Virus record (IMG/VR): IMGVR_UViG_3300030329_004457
Coordinates: 1-64,000 of that record
Strand: one strand, 5' to 3'
DNA length: 64,000 nucleotides
From: a virus
Positions 1-10,160 of this stretch are shown in pieces. Both the position numbers and the translations under genes were made by a program. The number at the start of each line of letters is the position of its first letter. Position 1 is the stretch's first letter. A model generated the notes under the pieces. That model was not told where the DNA came from and made no database searches. It worked only from the letters and a program-made list of their open reading frames with translations.

Positions 1-378
1 TATTGTGTCAAACTGATCATAGCGTTCTAAACAACCATCGTCATTTTCATCAAAAACATGATTAAATCTACGCCATTGATAGCCATATATTGGTCCTAAA
101 TCATTATCATCATTATTTGTAGGATTAGACCATTCATTCCAAATATTACAGTTTCTATCTTTAAACCACTGTTTGGACGTAATGCCTTTAATAAAGCCTT
201 CTAGCTCGGTCCAAATACTTCTATAAGCCATCTCTTTAGTTGTTAAAAGAGGAAAGCCATCTTGCATATTATGTCGAAAGACTTGTCCAAACGACGTTAA
301 AGCCCTATCTCCAGTACGTGTTTCTTTCCAAAAACCATTTACTAAAACGTCTTCAACGATATTTAAATATTGTTTCAT
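1..378 (-). CDS. thyA: Thymidylate synthase (C-terminus runs off the window)
   Basis: Own translation from ATG at 378: MKQYLNIVEDVLVNG..TRTG..FRHNMQDGFPLLTTK..WTELEGF..CNIWNEW..DLGPIYGYQWR, all ThyA motifs. Missing from the ORF track because it is truncated. Confidence 0.93.
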   Translation of the reverse strand, partial: MKQYLNIVEDVLVNGFWKETRTGDRALTSFGQVFRHNMQDGFPLLTTKEMAYRSIWTELEGFIKGITSKQWFKDRNCNIWNEWSNPTNNDDNDLGPIYGYQWRRFNHVFDENDDGCLERYDQFDTI

Positions 379-839
379 TTAAAATCTCCTTCCGATAACG
401 ATTTTAAGGAGAATACCTCAGATGGATCTATAGCCAAAGAACTATCTTTACTGTCGTCATTCTGTTCATCGTCAAAAAGAAGCTTCCATTTTGCAATAGT
501 GTCAAGTATAGTAGATTGGTATTCAGGATGTTCTTTAGACCATAAATATAATGATTGTAAGAAATATTCAGCCAACAAACCTGAGTTCATCATATGTAAA
601 ACAGTTCCGGTAACCTCTATAGCTTCATCGTTAGCTCTGGTCATACTAGTCGTCACCGCAAATTCTCCATCTTCACGCATATACATAGTAAATACTGTGC
701 AAGCACTAGATAAATTACTTGCCAGATCAACATCTGTAGCTATGTCATCGTCCTTTTCTAGGGAAGGCTCTGATGATTGTTCGCTTTTAGTATAATTTAT
801 CAGTATTTTTCGTAATTTGTTGAGAAATATATGTATCAT
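375..839 (-). CDS. Hypothetical protein
   Basis: 154-aa ORF; ATGA overlap with thyA start. Confidence 0.7.
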   Translation of the reverse strand: MIHIFLNKLRKILINYTKSEQSSEPSLEKDDDIATDVDLASNLSSACTVFTMYMREDGEFAVTTSMTRANDEAIEVTGTVLHMMNSGLLAEYFLQSLYLWSKEHPEYQSTILDTIAKWKLLFDDEQNDDSKDSSLAIDPSEVFSLKSLSEGDFK

Positions 840-883
840 AAATATTTTTAGCCTTGATCCCTATATATACTATACACCCAATA

Positions 884-1984
884 CTAAAGCGACCGATCAA
901 AGTGGGTGCGATTAACTCGAATGAATTCTGCACATTTCGACATATCTTTAATAGATGTTGCGCCTATATATGCACAACAACTTCTCACACCACCTAAAAT
1001 ATCTTGAATTACGTACTTTGCTGGTCCTTTATAAGGTACTTTTATACTACGTCCTTCACTACTTCGATAATCATTTAAGCCTTCTCCATGTTTATCTTGA
1101 GCTATTTTAGATGACATTCCATAAAATTTTAAATATTTTTTAACTGTTTTGTCTGTAATTTCCGGGGGCTTGTCTTCATGCCAGTTTACCAAAGCTCCCT
1201 CTTCCCATTCTCCTTCACACTCTTCTGTTCCGGCTAGCATACCGCCCAACATTACAAAATCAGCATTGGCGGCTAGGGCCTTACAGACATCGCCCGCAGT
1301 TCTACATCCTCCATCAGCGCATATTAGACCCATTCGTTTTTCATCGCTTTTTAATCCGTGAGCAGCATGAGCACATTCGATAATTGCAGATAGTTGAGGA
1401 TATCCCACTCCCGTTTTTAGTCTGGTAGTGCAAGCCGATCCGGGTCCAATACCTATTTTTACAATATCTACACCTCCATGTAGGATGAGTTCTTGTACCA
1501 TTTCCGGCGTACATACATTACCTGCCATAATAATACATCTATGAGAAAATTTTTGTCGAACCTTTGCACAAAATTTTACAAAATTTTCAGTGTATCCATT
1601 AGCCACATCAATACAAATATTAGGTACGATATTAGTCTGTTCAACAGTGTTGCATAACCTATCAAAATCAATGTCTTTAATACCTAATGTATACCAAGTA
1701 TAAGTAGAAAATGGACAATATTCTAATTGCAATATAGTATTGGGATCATAATACTTATGTAAGCATGTTATCATTCTATGAGGCGATAGTGCTTTAGACA
1801 TAGCTAACGTGCCCGTAGTATCCATGTTAGCAGCCATAATTGGAATTCCGCTCCATGACTTATTAGCATGATAGAACTGAAATGTTCGATCTAGTTTAAC
1901 ATTTTTACGCGATGCTGTATAAGTTCGATGCGGAGCTAGCAACACGTCATCAAAATCTAATTTTATATCGTGCTGTACTTTCAT
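884..1984 (-). CDS. guaC: GMP reductase
   Basis: KLDFDDVLL, PIMAANMDT, ICIDVANGY, KIGIGPGSACTTR..TGVGYPQLSA, ADGG, FYGMSS, YRSSEG. Confidence 0.95.
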   Translation of the reverse strand: MKVQHDIKLDFDDVLLAPHRTYTASRKNVKLDRTFQFYHANKSWSGIPIMAANMDTTGTLAMSKALSPHRMITCLHKYYDPNTILQLEYCPFSTYTWYTLGIKDIDFDRLCNTVEQTNIVPNICIDVANGYTENFVKFCAKVRQKFSHRCIIMAGNVCTPEMVQELILHGGVDIVKIGIGPGSACTTRLKTGVGYPQLSAIIECAHAAHGLKSDEKRMGLICADGGCRTAGDVCKALAANADFVMLGGMLAGTEECEGEWEEGALVNWHEDKPPEITDKTVKKYLKFYGMSSKIAQDKHGEGLNDYRSSEGRSIKVPYKGPAKYVIQDILGGVRSCCAYIGATSIKDMSKCAEFIRVNRTHFDRSL

Positions 1985-2403
1985 TGACCGCTACTCCCAA
2001 AACCTCCAGTACCTCTTTTTGTACTATCTAAGCGATCTACCTCTATTAAGGGTAAAGGAGGCGCTGGCTGAACAAGTAACTGTGCCATCCTTTCTCCTTT
2101 ATTAATAACGCAGTGTTCGTTAGAAGAGTTCCATAAGCATACTTTAATTTCACCTCGATATCCACTATCAATTACTCCCGCAAAACGATGGACGCCACGC
2201 TTAGTAGACATGCCCGATCTATCCCATATTAAGCCTACGTAACCGTTGGGAATAGCCATGGCGATATCAGTCCCAACCAACATTCGTTCGGAAGGTTCGA
2301 TAATTACGTCTTCAGATGCATACAAATCCCATCCCGCATCATCTTGATTTGCTTTGGACGGTAGCCTTGCATGTTTACTAAGTTTTTTGACTTTTAGTTC
2401 CAT
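1981..2403 (-). CDS. dut: dUTP pyrophosphatase
   Basis: AGWDL, RSG, GVIDSGYRGEI, GERMAQL, RGTGGFGSSG. Confidence 0.97.
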   Translation of the reverse strand: MELKVKKLSKHARLPSKANQDDAGWDLYASEDVIIEPSERMLVGTDIAMAIPNGYVGLIWDRSGMSTKRGVHRFAGVIDSGYRGEIKVCLWNSSNEHCVINKGERMAQLLVQPAPPLPLIEVDRLDSTKRGTGGFGSSGQ

Positions 2404-3475
2404 AGATAGCCTCCTCTAGTTTGTCAATAGTATTGGTCCATGAAAATTCATTAGCTGTATTAAGACCTCCTTTATTTATAATAGAATTGTCGGACTGCCA
2501 TTTACGATAAAATTGTCGCATATGTTCTATCCCTTGGCTAATACAATTATTATCTAATGATGCCCATTCTCCTAACCCGCTCTGGAAAAACATATCATCT
2601 TCTGCGGGTTCTAAAGTTGAGACATCTATCAAAAAGGAATTTTCATTATTACAGAATTCGGTATGCGCGGAGTAATTAGTAGCAATAACATGCTTGCCCA
2701 TAGCCATCATTTCTAATAATTCTAAATTCCAACCTTCTGCTCGACTAGGAAATATACCACAATTAGTGCGACCCATAATGTGAGAGACTTCGGCTGAAGT
2801 AGCTACTCTGGGTAATAAGCGTATTCTATTATCTGTTTTATAATATCGTTCCCACTCTTGTCGTTGCTTGGGAGGTAAGAACGGATTAGAACACATCATC
2901 CAAAGTTCTACGTCTTGTTCGTTAGGAAATGCTTTTTTAAAGATTTCTAAGATCACGTCATGACCCTTACGCCTTTCCCATTTACCACAATTAAAAAACA
3001 CACACTTATTAGTATCGTGGTTGCTTGGTGTTGCCGTAGGGGTAAAAATTGTAGAATCCACACCTAATGGAACAACATAAGTTGATGCCGATGGTATGTG
3101 GTCGTGAATAATGTCTTGTGCCCATTTCGACGCAACAATAATATGATCTACAGAACTAAGATGATTAAGTCGTCTTTGGTCCAATGTATTAAGTTCAAAA
3201 AACGGAAATGCAAATGATGTTCCTTGCCCAATACGATCTGCCAATGCAAATTCATGCCATATTTTTAATGATGGCGAATCTGCAAAATTTTCAAACTGAT
3301 TTGCCACAGATATAGCTTGTGTAATTAGTGAGGCATCTTGTTGATCAGAAGTTTCGACATTTCCAATGGGAAATAGAGCCACGTCAAATCGTGACATGGT
3401 GTGTTTTAAGATGTTAAGTCCGACTACGCCGTAACCTAATGTATTAATAGGTGCTATAAGATTAAGTTTATGCAT
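2378..3475 (-). CDS. Glycosyltransferase, GT-B fold (GT4-like)
   Basis: GKWERRKGHD and PSRAEGWNLELLEMMAMG (EX7E motif). Confidence 0.88.
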   Translation of the reverse strand: MHKLNLIAPINTLGYGVVGLNILKHTMSRFDVALFPIGNVETSDQQDASLITQAISVANQFENFADSPSLKIWHEFALADRIGQGTSFAFPFFELNTLDQRRLNHLSSVDHIIVASKWAQDIIHDHIPSASTYVVPLGVDSTIFTPTATPSNHDTNKCVFFNCGKWERRKGHDVILEIFKKAFPNEQDVELWMMCSNPFLPPKQRQEWERYYKTDNRIRLLPRVATSAEVSHIMGRTNCGIFPSRAEGWNLELLEMMAMGKHVIATNYSAHTEFCNNENSFLIDVSTLEPAEDDMFFQSGLGEWASLDNNCISQGIEHMRQFYRKWQSDNSIINKGGLNTANEFSWTNTIDKLEEAIYGTKSQKT

Positions 3476-3513
3476 ATAGATAGACCGCTACGTAAAAAGT
3501 GACAGTATAATAA

Positions 3514-3551
3514 AACCCCTTTACCTAGCTGATTCACTAAATAAAGGGGTC
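3514..3551 (-). terminator. Putative intrinsic terminator after ssb
   Basis: acccctttа-type stem (accccttta/taaaggggt) followed by a T-run on the minus strand. Confidence 0.55.
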
Positions 3552-3589
3552 TTGTAAACCTAAAAACGACAATGGCGTTTTAAGGAGAT

Positions 3590-3994
3590 TTAAAAGGGCA
3601 CTTCTTCAGCTTGGGCACTACTATTAGCGCGCGCTGGGGTATCTGACTGAGATTTATTATTCTTACCACCTCCCGGAGTAAGATTAATTTTTTCAGCAAC
3701 CATAGTAAGCTTGCTGCGCTTATCTCCTTCATCAGTTTCCCACTTGTTTAGCTTAAGTCGTCCCACAACCATCAGATGCCTTCCTTTAACAAGGTAGTCG
3801 TTTAGAGACTCGGCTTGTTTGCCCCAAATGGTTACGTCTACAAAAGTTGTTTCTTCTTGTCGATCAGAGTCCTTGGACCAAATACGATTAGAAGCAATAA
3901 CAACATCGGTAACAGCCGTACCACTAGGAGTAAACCGAAGCTCACTATCTTTTGTTAAACGTCCGCTAATAACTACTTCATTGAGATCACTCAT
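3590..3994 (-). CDS. ssb: Single-stranded DNA-binding protein
   Basis: LNEVVISGRLTKDSELRFTPSG, WGKQAE, acidic tail EEVPF. Confidence 0.96.
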   Translation of the reverse strand: MSDLNEVVISGRLTKDSELRFTPSGTAVTDVVIASNRIWSKDSDRQEETTFVDVTIWGKQAESLNDYLVKGRHLMVVGRLKLNKWETDEGDKRSKLTMVAEKINLTPGGGKNNKSQSDTPARANSSAQAEEVPF

Positions 3995-4008
3995 GTGTTT
4001 TAGGCCTC

Positions 4009-4236
4009 CTACTTTAATAGATTGCGATATCTCAAGGCTTTTCGTGCAAGGCGACGAGCATACATAGAGCCGTGTGTTCTAACAAGCTTGCGAAATTCGC
4101 CAGCTTTTTCCGTATTGGCAAAGCAAGACGTTACACCCTTAGTGCTTACTTCGCCAGTGGCAAACTTATTAATAGTTTTAATACCACACTTGTTAGATAA
4201 GAGAAGATTCCAGTCGGTAGTAGTCGTGTCCTTCAT
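4009..4236 (-). CDS. Hypothetical protein
   Basis: 75-aa ORF with AGGAGG Shine-Dalgarno. Confidence 0.65.
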   Translation of the reverse strand: MKDTTTTDWNLLLSNKCGIKTINKFATGEVSTKGVTSCFANTEKAGEFRKLVRTHGSMYARRLARKALRYRNLLK

Positions 4237-4338
4237 TTTTTCCTCCTTTGTTAGGGTTAAAGATGGCTGACTAATTTTTGTGCCGATGCAATATTATACT
4301 CATGATTTTCCTGCTGAGAGCAAAAATTTTCAAAATTT

Positions 4339-5448
4339 TTATAAAGTTGTTATTTCAATTTCGTCTGCATCTCCTATAACGCCTACGCCTATAACTACCG
4401 ACGTTTCTAACTGTTCGTTAGAGGCTCCCGGATTCGTTGCCGGATAATATAGAGCATTATAGTTTCCGCTGGGCCTATTGTTAAATAAGAGAAACTTTTC
4501 TGTGGTATTATTATATAATGAAATCGAGGCCATTCGCCCAGATTGTACGCCAGTAGCTGTCTGTCGTCCCATGGCGATAACAAAAGAATCTTGATTATTG
4601 CCATCAATGGTTTTGGTTCCCCATGTTCCACTTGTACCATGATCGGTCCAACTACTTAATCTACCCGTAGCATTAACGGCGGGGCCAGTGTCCAGATTTA
4701 AACTGAAAACGTAAGAATAATTCGTCGAAATAGCTTGCGTGTCTAAATTTTTAAGCTGAACGGAGGTTCCGCTTGATATGTTCGCTACAGCAGCAAAGGG
4801 CAACGTTTTCATATCGAGGTTATTGGTGGAATATCTCGATCCGCTAGCTTCTAAAGTGCCATCTATAAGTAATCCTACTGGGGTTGGTGCTGCTGTGTCA
4901 TGTGATTTACATGCAGCTAATATCAAGGTGGTTCCACCAGTATGATCAGTTGTATGAGAATGGAAGATATTATTACTCGCAGTGGTGCGTACACTGGTGT
5001 CTGTAGAACTACTATAGTCTGTGCCACTAATTAACGTGCCGCTTAAACCAGAATATGACAGATCAATAACAAAACACTGTCCATAATCGGTCTCTTCATT
5101 ATGACCATCATTATAAATTCTTTTTCTATAAATGCCAATATTTTGCGGAGGTGATGGTGCTGTAAATTGCCCTATATGACATACATATTGTCCTGAGCTA
5201 TTGGTGTCATGTCTTTGATCTATAGAGCCAAGAATGTCTCCACCATCTCCTTCAAACGCAAATTTTGTACCTCCATGATTTCCGCCGGGACTAGTACAGT
5301 TTACCCATGAAACCATAACATATTCATTGCCCCCAACCATTTGATTCGCATTGAGCAAAACACCTTGCTGAGTCCAGTCAGACTCTGTGGTCGTCTCTTG
5401 TGTAGTCTTTTCTTGATATACAAACTTCAACTTATTGGTAATAGCCAT
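4339..5448 (-). CDS. Hypothetical beta-rich Thr/Ser/Gly-rich protein, possibly a virion appendage
   Basis: 369-aa ORF; composition typical of tail/fibre proteins; no family recognised. Confidence 0.5.
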   Translation of the reverse strand: MAITNKLKFVYQEKTTQETTTESDWTQQGVLLNANQMVGGNEYVMVSWVNCTSPGGNHGGTKFAFEGDGGDILGSIDQRHDTNSSGQYVCHIGQFTAPSPPQNIGIYRKRIYNDGHNEETDYGQCFVIDLSYSGLSGTLISGTDYSSSTDTSVRTTASNNIFHSHTTDHTGGTTLILAACKSHDTAAPTPVGLLIDGTLEASGSRYSTNNLDMKTLPFAAVANISSGTSVQLKNLDTQAISTNYSYVFSLNLDTGPAVNATGRLSSWTDHGTSGTWGTKTIDGNNQDSFVIAMGRQTATGVQSGRMASISLYNNTTEKFLLFNNRPSGNYNALYYPATNPGASNEQLETSVVIGVGVIGDADEIEITTL

Positions 5449-5496
5449 ATCTATATCTCCATTTTGTAAATTAATTCCTCTAAAGGGTTATCCTCT

Positions 5497-5895
5497 TTAT
5501 AATTCATAATATTTTTCACCATCATATACGGTAAAGTTGTCATTATCGTTAAATAAATCAGCTTGTTCTAATTCGTCTTCATTAAGCTCGCACCCCACTT
5601 CTTTTATAGCGGTAAGCACTTTACCTCCCATAGTCATATATTTAAACCATCCTAGATGGCGACGTACCACCCTTTTTAAAATACGATTCTCATTGATTGT
5701 GGGAGCGATGACGACCTCTTGACGTTCCTCTCTAGACTTTTTACATCCCTTAATTAAACGAATAACTGTTACAGAAATTTTACCTATTAAAATAAGAGTG
5801 GCTGGATCGACAAACACCTCTTCCGCTGCCCTACCCTTATTATAAGCTCTATTGTAAATTTTTGTACTTAAAACGTTCTCTACATAAAGATTCAT
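5497..5895 (-). CDS. Hypothetical protein
   Basis: 132-aa ORF. Confidence 0.6.
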   Translation of the reverse strand: MNLYVENVLSTKIYNRAYNKGRAAEEVFVDPATLILIGKISVTVIRLIKGCKKSREERQEVVIAPTINENRILKRVVRRHLGWFKYMTMGGKVLTAIKEVGCELNEDELEQADLFNDNDNFTVYDGEKYYEL

Positions 5896-5940
5896 CGCTC
5901 ACTCCACTATACAGCTACTATCGTTAAGTCTTCATAATAA

Positions 5941-5972
5941 AAAAGGGGAGTAGGAGATACCCCCTACCCCCC
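5941..5972 (-). terminator. Putative intrinsic terminator
   Basis: GC-rich hairpin followed by a T-run on the minus strand. Confidence 0.55.
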
Positions 5973-5996
5973 AGAGTAGTTATCTAATTATTTAAA

Positions 5997-6632
5997 TTAG
6001 TTGCCACCAAACGTGCTGGTTTCATCAGAAGGTAAAGTTCCCGTAGGAATGTCGCTTCTGTTAACTTCTCCACCCTTACGTTGTGTGAGAGTGTACAAGA
6101 CGTTCAATAACGAACGAATCATAACCGACTCATACTTAGTAAGAGAGTAGGGCTGATGGCGACTATCTACACGAGTAAGCTCAACAAACAAGTTGTCAAG
6201 AGCAGCAATAAAGCTGCGAGCTGCATCGTTCGGACAATTACCCGGATGTAACTGAGGAATATCAACATCGTTGCCCGACAAATCCCAAGTAACGGTTCGG
6301 TTAACACCCACGGGCATTAAAACGTTATCTTGCGTAAGGGCTACGTCATTGTAATCGTCAGCTACTGCACGAGTAGTGTCAGCTGCCTGTGCTTCAAGCT
6401 CTTCTAAAGTAAGAGCATCAGGATTGTAGGTAATATTCTCAAGAGTATCACCAATCTTTTCAATTTCTGTTACCATATAACGGTTAAGAGCATTGTTCCA
6501 GCCAGACTGTGACTTAAACTCTTGTCGTACCGTCAACTGCTTTCTGAACTTAATAATTTCAGATAAAATAAAGTGAATACCAAGATTCGGAAATTCGGTA
6601 TTAGCGCCTTTAAAGGTATTTTGCGCTGCCAT
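5997..6632 (-). CDS. Hypothetical protein
   Basis: 211-aa ORF with GGAGG SD. Confidence 0.7.
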   Translation of the reverse strand: MAAQNTFKGANTEFPNLGIHFILSEIIKFRKQLTVRQEFKSQSGWNNALNRYMVTEIEKIGDTLENITYNPDALTLEELEAQAADTTRAVADDYNDVALTQDNVLMPVGVNRTVTWDLSGNDVDIPQLHPGNCPNDAARSFIAALDNLFVELTRVDSRHQPYSLTKYESVMIRSLLNVLYTLTQRKGGEVNRSDIPTGTLPSDETSTFGGN

Positions 6633-6710
6633 AATTAACCTCCCATTAAATATACTTGTTAGTGTGTTACGTTACTAGACTTATACATGTTGAATGTATA
6701 ATCCTAGCTG

Positions 6711-9047
6711 TTAAAACTCAAAACCCATGCGGCGCATGAATTCGGTTTTAACCCATTGCTCAATAGATTCTGCTACTTCCTTATACCCCAAAACATTAAA
6801 CTCACCACGTTTTAATCGGCTTATTGCCTGCTTATATAAAAATCCTATCATCGCTTCATGGTAAAGGATATGACGATTAATAGTAGCACTAGAAACTCGT
6901 TTTAAAAATTGGTTCTGTACATATGACTCAATAGCGTCAGCAGCTTTGGTTTGACTGCTAACTTTAAACGGCACTGACTTCTTAAGAACAATTAATCTAT
7001 CGCGCTTTAATAACTCTACAGCCTCTTTGTACAGATGTGCGTAAAATGCCAATTCTTCTACTCGTTCTCCATCAGATTTTTTTAAATCGACAAAATCTTT
7101 AATTCTGTCGCTCGCCTTTGGAAATGAAGGTTCTTGAATACAATCTAACACCCGATCACAGTCACAGTCTTCCTTCGCATCTGGTTGTGATCGACGTGTT
7201 TCTTTCTTAGGGGTAGAATGCGAAACCTTTATATGGTCTTTGTCATCAATTGTATTGTAGATATTAAAGTCTATGTCTTTTGTTGCTGTTTGTAAATTAT
7301 GAAACTTATGATCGATTTCTTTTTTAAGATTATCAATTTTTGATTCAAATGCAGAACCTAGTCTATCTTCAAGATAGTCAGCCAAGCCTCTCAGGTCGGC
7401 TGTTTGCGTAGGTTTCGTAGGTTCTGGTTCTGTAGCAGATGGATCATTATCTTGCGATGTAGGTGGAATATCATCTTCCCATATACCATCAATCATGTCT
7501 GTAACCTTTGTCTTTCCTCTGAGTTGCCAGTATAGTCCTGCAATCCATGCGAGCGCTCCAGTAGCAGTACCTCCAAACAACCACCGGAATAAATTACGTT
7601 GTTGTTTTACTTCTATTGTATCTTGTTCCAAATTATAATTTTCATTTGCCAACCCATCAATAATATTGCTCTTGCTGTCTAAGTCTTCTTTCAGGTTAGA
7701 GATTTCGCCAAGCTGTGTAGTAATATCGTTTTGTAATGTTCCGATACGCTTTTGTAGGTATAAAATTTCATCATTGTTTAAATTTTCATTTGACTTTAAT
7801 GACTTTAATTGGTTTTGTAATTTCTCTAAAAGTTCTTGTTTTTCGCTAATCGTGGTTGATAATGATTCTTTTTCTTTGACCAATACTTCGATTGTTCCAT
7901 CTTTTTCACTTACTGATGTAGTTAGGTCTTCTACTTGCTTAGCTAGTCCTCCAATATCATTTTTTAATTTTTCTATAGTATCTTTATATTCTTGAAGTTT
8001 TTTATTGGCTTCTGGAACAAAGTCTTTACCAAAGTTGGGAGGTAATACCCCATAAGGGTTCGTGTTGTCGCCATCGTTTTCAGGAGCTGGATTTTCTTTG
8101 GGAGGAGTATTATTATTAGGAGGACTGATAAATGGAGGACAACGACCACCCGGACATTGTACTTCCATTAGAATTCCCCACTGAGCAATTGGTACTGAAG
8201 GAGATCCCGCAGGGAAGGTAACTGACTGTAACCATCCCGTATGGTCCCAATTTTGCAGATAATAAACACCATTAACGCCTAATGCATAATATGCTTTTCG
8301 AGTAATAATATTAGCAGTATCTGTGTTTGTAGACGCATTAGCATATTGCCAACTATCGGGAACTTGTGTGGGGTCATAGGAAGCCTCACCTTTTACCGCA
8401 CGTAAAAAGTTACCAATATGTATCGCTCCACCTTTACTATTTTCAATTCTCCATGTTAATACCGCACAGAGATACGTGTCCCCATCTATAACTGTATAGA
8501 CTCCCGATCCGCTTTGCCCTCCTAATGGGGGTGGTGTAAATAGTACTCGGTTTTTAGAAGCTTCTGATAACGCATGACCTTCCCACAGCTGAAGCCACCG
8601 GGCTTGAGGACAACCTGCGGACGCTATATAGTCATTTTTCTGTACGACATGGTCAGCAGGGGCTAATGGTACAATCCGTGGAGGAAATTCTCCAAACAAA
8701 GCTTTCTCAATACGAATAATCGCAAAGTCTTTGACGCTTCTATCACTGTGGGACTTCCAGATAATTGCGCCGGGAAGTCTCTGTGTCTTTCTTCCGTATC
8801 TAAAAAATTCACACGTAGCTGTTCTATTAGAACCTACAACGTGCGCGTTGGTTAAAATATATACGTGTGTGTCATCAGCCGCAATTGATGTTCCACTGCC
8901 AGCAGAACCGGATACTCGTACCCTACAAGAAGCTTCACCAATTTCATTAAGGCTTAAAAATTTACCTTGTGCTACGGATAAGCACAACGTTAAAAATAAT
9001 ACGAAAGAAAGGATAAAAGATCTCATAATATTACCTGCTATTGTCAA
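6711..9047 (-). CDS. Membrane-anchored trypsin-like serine protease with coiled-coil stalk
   Basis: Signal peptide; GSGT, LTNAHVV (His), DFAII (Asp), GGQSGSGV (Ser); Pro-rich linker; heptad region; TM segment WLFGGTATGALAWIAGLYW. Confidence 0.8.
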   Translation of the reverse strand: MTIAGNIMRSFILSFVLFLTLCLSVAQGKFLSLNEIGEASCRVRVSGSAGSGTSIAADDTHVYILTNAHVVGSNRTATCEFFRYGRKTQRLPGAIIWKSHSDRSVKDFAIIRIEKALFGEFPPRIVPLAPADHVVQKNDYIASAGCPQARWLQLWEGHALSEASKNRVLFTPPPLGGQSGSGVYTVIDGDTYLCAVLTWRIENSKGGAIHIGNFLRAVKGEASYDPTQVPDSWQYANASTNTDTANIITRKAYYALGVNGVYYLQNWDHTGWLQSVTFPAGSPSVPIAQWGILMEVQCPGGRCPPFISPPNNNTPPKENPAPENDGDNTNPYGVLPPNFGKDFVPEANKKLQEYKDTIEKLKNDIGGLAKQVEDLTTSVSEKDGTIEVLVKEKESLSTTISEKQELLEKLQNQLKSLKSNENLNNDEILYLQKRIGTLQNDITTQLGEISNLKEDLDSKSNIIDGLANENYNLEQDTIEVKQQRNLFRWLFGGTATGALAWIAGLYWQLRGKTKVTDMIDGIWEDDIPPTSQDNDPSATEPEPTKPTQTADLRGLADYLEDRLGSAFESKIDNLKKEIDHKFHNLQTATKDIDFNIYNTIDDKDHIKVSHSTPKKETRRSQPDAKEDCDCDRVLDCIQEPSFPKASDRIKDFVDLKKSDGERVEELAFYAHLYKEAVELLKRDRLIVLKKSVPFKVSSQTKAADAIESYVQNQFLKRVSSATINRHILYHEAMIGFLYKQAISRLKRGEFNVLGYKEVAESIEQWVKTEFMRRMGFEF

Positions 9048-9234
9048 AGGTTAAATCATTGCTTTGGACGAAGTGTGTTATCATGTCCTCAATAGTATCA
9101 ACATGATTCCAATAAATCGCAGATCCTAGAGTCCCTTCATCTTGCGCGATATCGTTTTCAGGATAGAAAAGATTCGCTATATCTTCAGCTAAAAAGCGAT
9201 ATGTAGGTGTATTATTTGTACTACTAGTATTCAT
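9031..9234 (-). CDS. Hypothetical protein
   Basis: 67-aa ORF overlapping both neighbours in an operon. Confidence 0.5.
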   Translation of the reverse strand: MNTSSTNNTPTYRFLAEDIANLFYPENDIAQDEGTLGSAIYWNHVDTIEDMITHFVQSNDLTFDNSR

Positions 9235-9586
9235 GATCTTCTTTAGGAATACACTTGCCGTTTTGTTCTATATATCCCTTATTACAATTTGGTGGATATC
9301 CAGCTAACTTATTTGCTTGAGCTGACAACATAGATGCCGTAGCCACAATAGCAGCAGCGTCATAGCCTTTATCATACATCCAATCTGTAACAACCTTTAC
9401 GTCTTTCGCATCAAAATATATATCATTATCGCTAGCTTTTTGAGCAAATTTTTCTGGACCGTCTATTGCGACTCCTTGTTTAATAGCCTTTTTTTTGGCG
9501 TCTGGTCCTGTATAGCATTTGCCCTTATCTCCCCATTTATAACCACTTTTTTGATTTTCAGTACATTTTTTAAGAGGCATTCTCAT
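9224..9586 (-). CDS. Hypothetical protein
   Basis: 120-aa ORF, YKWGDKGKCYTG motif. Confidence 0.6.
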   Translation of the reverse strand: MRMPLKKCTENQKSGYKWGDKGKCYTGPDAKKKAIKQGVAIDGPEKFAQKASDNDIYFDAKDVKVVTDWMYDKGYDAAAIVATASMLSAQANKLAGYPPNCNKGYIEQNGKCIPKEDHEY

Positions 9587-9650
9587 TCCCTTCTATCTTA
9601 TAAGCCTTATATTTTAGCAAAACCTCATACCCTTATACACCAGACCATGT

Positions 9651-10130
9651 CTATTGTGCTGATATATAATCATATGCTTGTTCAATCAGGACGCTAGAAG
9701 AATAGGTTTTAGTATCTCCATAGCCATATTTGAGGCGTATATTGTTGGTATTGCAAAATTCTACTTCAGGAGTACGGGCTGAATGACAATCTCTGTCACC
9801 GCCATTGAAAAAATAAAAATCACAATTATTTGTCACTCTTGAACATGTCTGCGTTCTATACTCATAAATAGCAGACAAACTCTGTACTACACTAGTGTCG
9901 CGATCAATAGACAAGAAGGCTTGATCGACATATTCCAGATGTTGTACTATATAACATCTAGCCACTTCGTCCAAAAATGGAACAGATTTTTTTAATTTTA
10001 CTTGATAATCATTATTAACTATGGCTATTAATATACACTTAGGGTATTCCAATTTAATTTGTTGCATCATACTAATGTGCCCCGGATGAATAGGGTTGAA
10101 ATATCCTGATACAATGCAAATATTCATCAA
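9651..10130 (-). CDS. Cytidylyl/adenylyltransferase (HxGH family)
   Basis: SGYFNPIHPGH, NGGDR, KTYSSS. Confidence 0.88.
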   Translation of the reverse strand: MMNICIVSGYFNPIHPGHISMMQQIKLEYPKCILIAIVNNDYQVKLKKSVPFLDEVARCYIVQHLEYVDQAFLSIDRDTSVVQSLSAIYEYRTQTCSRVTNNCDFYFFNGGDRDCHSARTPEVEFCNTNNIRLKYGYGDTKTYSSSVLIEQAYDYISAQ

Positions 10131-10160
10131 GCAAGTTATCCTTTATAAACAAGACTGGTG

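Noticed and set aside
370-795. Plus-strand ORFs opposite minus-strand genes (also 1149, 3819, 7666, 20933, 35543 and others)
   Set aside because: Fully antisense to well-supported genes; no motifs.
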